From NCBI GenBank assembly GCA_045612265.1, contig JAZKYT010000018.1, positions 2,611-66,610 of the forward strand: a DNA stretch of 64,000 bases, in the 5' to 3' direction. Of this stretch, positions 59,222 to 64,000 are shown in pieces. Made by a program: the position numbers and the translations under genes. Source of the DNA: Candidatus Cryptobacteroides sp. Its GTDB lineage: Bacteria; Bacteroidota; Bacteroidia; Bacteroidales; UBA932. The notes below the pieces were generated by a model. The model did no database searches, had not been told where the DNA came from, and saw nothing but the letters and a program-made list of their open reading frames with translations. The first letter of the stretch is position 1. The number at the start of each line of letters is the position of its first letter.

Positions 59222-61255
59222 TTATTTTTTAATGATTTCTGCCACAAATCCGCCTCCTGGAGCCATCTGAGCGGAAAGGGAACCGTCTGAAAGAATGGTG
59301 GAATTCGAATATATCCTTCCATCCGCCACCTTAAACCCAAGAATCATCTTGCGATAATCCCTGCCAGCCCTATGGGCATTGGCTCCATCCAAATATATCT
59401 CCATCTCATAATCCCCGTCTGCAAGGAAATCCAGAGGGATATTCAAGGTTCTGGCCGACCAGTCTGTCATACCTCCGACATACCAGATATCCCCGCTTCT
59501 GCGTGCAATGGTAATATATTCTCCAACCTTGCCATCCAGACCACGGGTCTCGTCCCAGACCGTCGGTACAGAGGATATGAAATCAAGACATTCCTGCTCA
59601 GCCATATAGTTTGAAGGGGAGTCGCAAAGCATATTCAGAGGGGAGTCAAAGACCACATACTCGGCAAGCTGACGACAGCGTGTTCCCTGGCTCATCGGCT
59701 CGTCATTCACCGGACGGTAGCTTCCACGGGCGGCATTGCGCATGGCACCCTGGGTGTAATCCATCGGACCGGCCATCATACGGATGAACGGAACTGTCAC
59801 ATCGTAGGTGACCTGATCGACCTCCGGAGCACTCCACTTCATCTGCTCAAGGCCGTGCACACCCTCATAATTTATGACATTAGGATAGGTTCTGTGAAGA
59901 CCGACAGGCTTATATGTGCCATGGAAATCCACGAGCATCCTATATTTTGCAGCAGTCTGGGCAGCACGGGTGTGGAAGGATGTCATGTACTGATCGTCGC
60001 GATCCATGAAGTCTATCTTGAAACCCTTGATTCCCATCTGGGAATAATGCCTGCAGACCTCCTCCATATCACGGTCAAAGGCCCAATAACCAGCCCACAG
60101 AATCAGGCCCACATTACGTTCTGATGCATATTTTACAAGCATCTCAAGGTCGATTTCTGGAACGACCTTGAACAGGTCTGCCTCACCGTTCACAGACCAG
60201 CCTTCGTCAAGGATAACGTATTCGATTCCGTTGGCAGAAGCAAAATCTATATAGTATTTATATGTCTGGTTATTGATTCCAGACTCGAAGTCCACACCAT
60301 AGATATTCCATGCATTCCACCAGTCCCAGGCAACCTTTCCAGGCTTCACCCAGCTCCAGTCCGTCTGAGAATCAGCCGGATCGGCAAGACGGTAAACCAT
60401 GTCGTTGTCTGCCATCTGGACATCATTTTCCGACACAGCTATGATTCGCCATGGGAATTCCTGAGGTCCTTCAAATTGTGCTATAAAGCTTTCTGTTGAC
60501 TGCACCTCCATCTGAAGATTGTTATGACCTCCCTGCTTCACATCTTTGGGATACGGAGCAAAACGTGCATTCAACCTGGTCTCGGAACGTCCGTTGTAGA
60601 GATACATTCCAGGATAGTCGGTCACATCGGATTCCGCAATCACGATCTTCTTTCCGTGCGGAGCATCGACCATCAAAGGAAGAAAAGCCAGACGACCCTT
60701 GTTCCACTGTGAGATCGGATGGTATGCATAAGTGTTTTCAAAGGAATTATAGAACTGAGAGTTCAGCGTTTCGGTATGCTGGCACACATAAGCAGACCAG
60801 ACATTCCAGTCTTCCGGAAAGCCGAAGTCAGCCATCTCCTGCTCAATCTGGTACTGACCCTTGAGATAAGAAACGAACCTATAGGCCATACCGTCATCAT
60901 ACGCCCTGAATACCACTGAAAAGTTCTTGAATTTGAGAGTCAGCTCATTGAACGTATTCTCAACTTGTGCTTTCTTATATACGACTGTCGGAATTGTCTC
61001 ACTGACACTTCTGCGTGTTGCCTTCACAACTGGCTGTACGCCTCCGAAGACCACACCATCTGTAGTAAACATTCCGATATTGGAATTCGTCAGCAGCAGA
61101 TCGCCGTCATGCTCAAGAGAATATTTCACCCCCTCTCCTGCCTCAATACTTACCTTCATGCGTCCGTCAGGGGATTTCAAATCATACGATTTAGGGGCTG
61201 CAGACGCACAGAATACGGTGAGCATCACAGCCAGGGTGGTTATCAGTCTTCGCAT
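59222..61255 (-). CDS. GH97 glycoside hydrolase, retaining type (alpha-galactosidase-like)
   Basis: SWVKPGKVAWDWW, LDEGW, GFKIDFMDRDDQ, DFHG, GPMDYTQG. Confidence 0.88.
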   Translation of the reverse strand: MRRLITTLAVMLTVFCASAAPKSYDLKSPDGRMKVSIEAGEGVKYSLEHDGDLLLTNSNIGMFTTDGVVFGGVQPVVKATRRSVSETIPTVVYKKAQVENTFNELTLKFKNFSVVFRAYDDGMAYRFVSYLKGQYQIEQEMADFGFPEDWNVWSAYVCQHTETLNSQFYNSFENTYAYHPISQWNKGRLAFLPLMVDAPHGKKIVIAESDVTDYPGMYLYNGRSETRLNARFAPYPKDVKQGGHNNLQMEVQSTESFIAQFEGPQEFPWRIIAVSENDVQMADNDMVYRLADPADSQTDWSWVKPGKVAWDWWNAWNIYGVDFESGINNQTYKYYIDFASANGIEYVILDEGWSVNGEADLFKVVPEIDLEMLVKYASERNVGLILWAGYWAFDRDMEEVCRHYSQMGIKGFKIDFMDRDDQYMTSFHTRAAQTAAKYRMLVDFHGTYKPVGLHRTYPNVINYEGVHGLEQMKWSAPEVDQVTYDVTVPFIRMMAGPMDYTQGAMRNAARGSYRPVNDEPMSQGTRCRQLAEYVVFDSPLNMLCDSPSNYMAEQECLDFISSVPTVWDETRGLDGKVGEYITIARRSGDIWYVGGMTDWSARTLNIPLDFLADGDYEMEIYLDGANAHRAGRDYRKMILGFKVADGRIYSNSTILSDGSLSAQMAPGGGFVAEIIKK

Positions 61256-61275
61256 AATATGATGGTTTTAAATGG

Positions 61276-63948
61276 TTATATTCCGAGTTGTTCCTTCATG
61301 CTGCGCAACAGGTCAAAGGCCTGAAGAGGGGTCATGTTGTTAAGGTCGGCCTTATCAAGTTCCTCCTTAAGGGATGACAGAAGCGGATCCTCAAGCTGGA
61401 AGAACGAAAGCTGGATCGAACCGTCGCTCTCCACTCGGCCTTCCTTGACGTTGTGTGGTTTGATTGTATGCTTTTTCTTTGAAGATCTCTTGGCAATTGC
61501 ACTCTCTACTGCTCCTGAATGACCTGCAATCTCTCCGCTTTCCAGTGCTGCAAGTGTCTTCTCCGCAGACTCAAGCACCTGGCGCGGCATTCCGGCCATG
61601 CGGGCAACGTGAAGACCGAAGCTGTGGGCGACACCACCCTCAACCAGCTTGCGGAGGAATATGACATTCTTGCCGACCTCCTTCACTGCAATATGGAAGT
61701 TCTTCACACGTGAATACAGGTCTTCAAGATCGTTGAGTTCATGATAGTGGGTAGCGAAAAGGGTCTTGGCTCCGTCGCCATATTCATGTACATATTCCAC
61801 GATTGCGCGGGCTATTGACATACCGTCATATGTCGAGGTTCCTCGTCCGATCTCGTCAAGAAGAACAAGGGAGCGGGACGAAAGGTTGTGAAGAATCATC
61901 GAAGTCTCGAGCATCTCCACCATGAAGGTAGACTCTCCGCGGGAAATATTATCAGAAGCACCCACGCGGGTGAAAATCTTATCGCAATAGCCAAGCTTTG
62001 CCTCTGTTGCAGGCACAAAACAGCCAACCTGCGCCATAAGGACGATAAGCGCAGTCTGTCTCAAGAGTGCTGACTTACCGGCCATGTTAGGACCAGTGAG
62101 GATGATGACCTGCTGGCTGTCGTTATCCATGAATATATCGTTCGGAACGAACTCTTCTCCAGCCTGCATCATGGTCTCGATCACCGGATGACGACCCTGC
62201 TTGATGTCAAGCACCTTGCTTTCGTTCATCTGAGGACGGCAGTAGCGATTGCTCACAGAGAGCTCCGCAAAGCCAGAAAGCACATCAAGGCGTGCAATGA
62301 TGCGGCAGTTCTTCTGGATCAGCGCGATATTCGACTGAATCCTTGCAACAAGCTCTGCATATATCTGTGCCTCAAGTGCATATATTCTTTCCTCTGCTCC
62401 AAGGATCTTCTGCTCATATTCCTTGAGCTCCTCTGTGATATAGCGCTCTGCGTTCACGAGGGTCTGCTTTCTGATCCACTCGGCCGGCACGCTGTCCTTA
62501 TGGGCATTACGTACTTCGAGATAGTATCCGAAGACATTGTTGAAACCGATCTTGAGTGAGGATATTCCAGTGCGCTCCACCTCGCGCTGCTGCACTTCGA
62601 GAAGGTAGTCCTTTCCATGGCGGGCAATCTTTCTCAACTCATCAAGCTCCTCGTTGACACCGGCTGCGATGACATCACCCTTGCCCAAAGCTGCAGCTGT
62701 CTCAGGGTGCATGGTCTTGCCGAGATAGTCGAGAAGTTCTGCGCAGTCACCCATCCTGCCGATGAGTTCATCGAGAGCCTGGACTCCCTTGCCCTGGCAG
62801 AGGTTCATGATAGGAGCAGTCTGGCCGAGTCCTCTCTTGAGCTGCATCACCTCGCGCGGCATGATCTTGCCTGCTGCTGCACGGGAAATGATTCTTTCGA
62901 GGTCACCGATGTCTCCGATCATTGCCTGAAGACGCCTCAAGTCATCCTGATTGTCCACAAAATGCTGAACAACGGAATATCTTGTCTCCAGTTCCTGCAG
63001 ATCCATCACCGGCATTGCCAGCCATACCCTGAGCATACGCGCTCCCATAGGCGAAGAACATCTGTCCATCACATCAACAAGGGAAGTTCCCTCTTTTCCC
63101 GCAGTCGAGGCAAAGATTTCCAGGTTGCGGAAAGTGAAGCGGTCCATCCACACGAATGCACCCTCGTCAATTCGTGAAATAGAACATATATTCTTGAGGT
63201 CTGTGTGCTGAGTCTGCTCCAGATAGATGAGCAAAGCACCGGCAGAAGTGATTCCAAGCGGGAAATTATCAATGGCAAAGCCCTTGAGCGAGTCCACTCT
63301 GAGCTGCCTTTTGAGTCTCTCCACCGAGCTCTCATAAACGAAGGCCCATTCCTCGAGAGTGGAAATATAATACTGGTCTCCGTATCTCTCCTTGGTTCCT
63401 TTTTCAAAGCCACGGGCCACGAGTAGCTCCTTGGGAGCAAAAGATGCGAGAAGAGTACCGATATAGTCAAGCGAGCCCTCTGCCACCTGGAAAGTACCTG
63501 TGGAAACATCAAGGAAGGCTGCACCGCACTTGTCCTTGTGATATGTGAGTCCGGCGATATAGTTATGCTCCTTCTGCTCAAGAAGCTGGTCGCTGAATGC
63601 CACACCCGGTGTCACAAGCTCAGTGATTCCGCGCTTGACGATCTTCTTCGTGAGCTTCGGATCCTCAAGCTGGTCGCACACCGCCACCTTATAGCCTGCG
63701 CGGACAAGTCTCGGAAGATAGGTTTCAAGGGAATGATGAGGGAAACCGGCCATCGGAATTGCTCCCGGAGTGGCGCTGGAACGCTTTGTGAGCACGATTC
63801 CAAGAACCTTGCTCGCTGTCAGCGCATCTTCGCCGTAAGTTTCATAAAAGTCTCCACACCTAAACAGAAGCACAGCCTCAGGATGCTCCGCCTTCATGGC
63901 GAAATACTGCTTCATCATAGGGGTTTCGGTCGGTTTCTTCTCTGCCAT
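61276..63948 (-). CDS. mutS: DNA mismatch repair protein MutS
   Basis: TPMMKQY, FRCGDFYE, TGPNMAGKS, FTRVGASD, STFMVEM, DEIGRGTST, FATHYHEL; -7 box 63971-63978. Confidence 0.98.
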   Translation of the reverse strand: MAEKKPTETPMMKQYFAMKAEHPEAVLLFRCGDFYETYGEDALTASKVLGIVLTKRSSATPGAIPMAGFPHHSLETYLPRLVRAGYKVAVCDQLEDPKLTKKIVKRGITELVTPGVAFSDQLLEQKEHNYIAGLTYHKDKCGAAFLDVSTGTFQVAEGSLDYIGTLLASFAPKELLVARGFEKGTKERYGDQYYISTLEEWAFVYESSVERLKRQLRVDSLKGFAIDNFPLGITSAGALLIYLEQTQHTDLKNICSISRIDEGAFVWMDRFTFRNLEIFASTAGKEGTSLVDVMDRCSSPMGARMLRVWLAMPVMDLQELETRYSVVQHFVDNQDDLRRLQAMIGDIGDLERIISRAAAGKIMPREVMQLKRGLGQTAPIMNLCQGKGVQALDELIGRMGDCAELLDYLGKTMHPETAAALGKGDVIAAGVNEELDELRKIARHGKDYLLEVQQREVERTGISSLKIGFNNVFGYYLEVRNAHKDSVPAEWIRKQTLVNAERYITEELKEYEQKILGAEERIYALEAQIYAELVARIQSNIALIQKNCRIIARLDVLSGFAELSVSNRYCRPQMNESKVLDIKQGRHPVIETMMQAGEEFVPNDIFMDNDSQQVIILTGPNMAGKSALLRQTALIVLMAQVGCFVPATEAKLGYCDKIFTRVGASDNISRGESTFMVEMLETSMILHNLSSRSLVLLDEIGRGTSTYDGMSIARAIVEYVHEYGDGAKTLFATHYHELNDLEDLYSRVKNFHIAVKEVGKNVIFLRKLVEGGVAHSFGLHVARMAGMPRQVLESAEKTLAALESGEIAGHSGAVESAIAKRSSKKKHTIKPHNVKEGRVESDGSIQLSFFQLEDPLLSSLKEELDKADLNNMTPLQAFDLLRSMKEQLGI

Positions 63949-64000
63949 ATCTTATCTTGCTTAAATCTCACAAATTTACTGATTTTTTTCGAGTTGGCAA

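Noticed and set aside
1-64000. CRISPR arrays, tRNA or rRNA genes, frameshifted pseudogenes
   Set aside because: No repeat-spacer arrays or cloverleafs seen; intergenic gaps are all under 280 bp and ORFs appear full-length

Overview
Bacteroidales chromosomal segment, judged from TAnnTTTG -7 promoters, a SusC/SusD pair and an EF-G2 paralogue. Layout: (1) housekeeping genes (mutS2, YraN, Man-1-P guanylyltransferase, YqeY). (2) A chitin/chitosan-type enzyme trio: GH18, CsxA-like GH2 and GH20. (3) An SGNH esterase plus a GH2 galactosidase. (4) A ~26 kb beta-(galacto/gluco)mannan PUL: GH5_7-CE7 fusion, SusC/D, two surface glycan-binding proteins, two GH26, two further GH5, GH130, GPH symporter, GH36, GH94, AraC regulator and mannobiose 2-epimerase. 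(5) A three-gene accessory surface-protein cassette at 40252-44546. (6) Core genes: aspS, rsmA, EF-G2, XRE regulator, rnhB, DPP7, Mrp, tnaA, PHP phosphodiesterase, GH97 and mutS. The most striking feature is a ~200-nt structured 5' leader (40031-40229) ahead of the accessory cassette. It has mutually exclusive anti-antiterminator, antiterminator and intrinsic terminator folds, making it a candidate undescribed riboswitch or attenuator. Also found: a 22-bp candidate AraC operator pair and a recent 312-bp FN3 duplication. No rRNA, tRNA, CRISPR array or transposase was seen. All family calls come from motif recognition by eye, not database searches.
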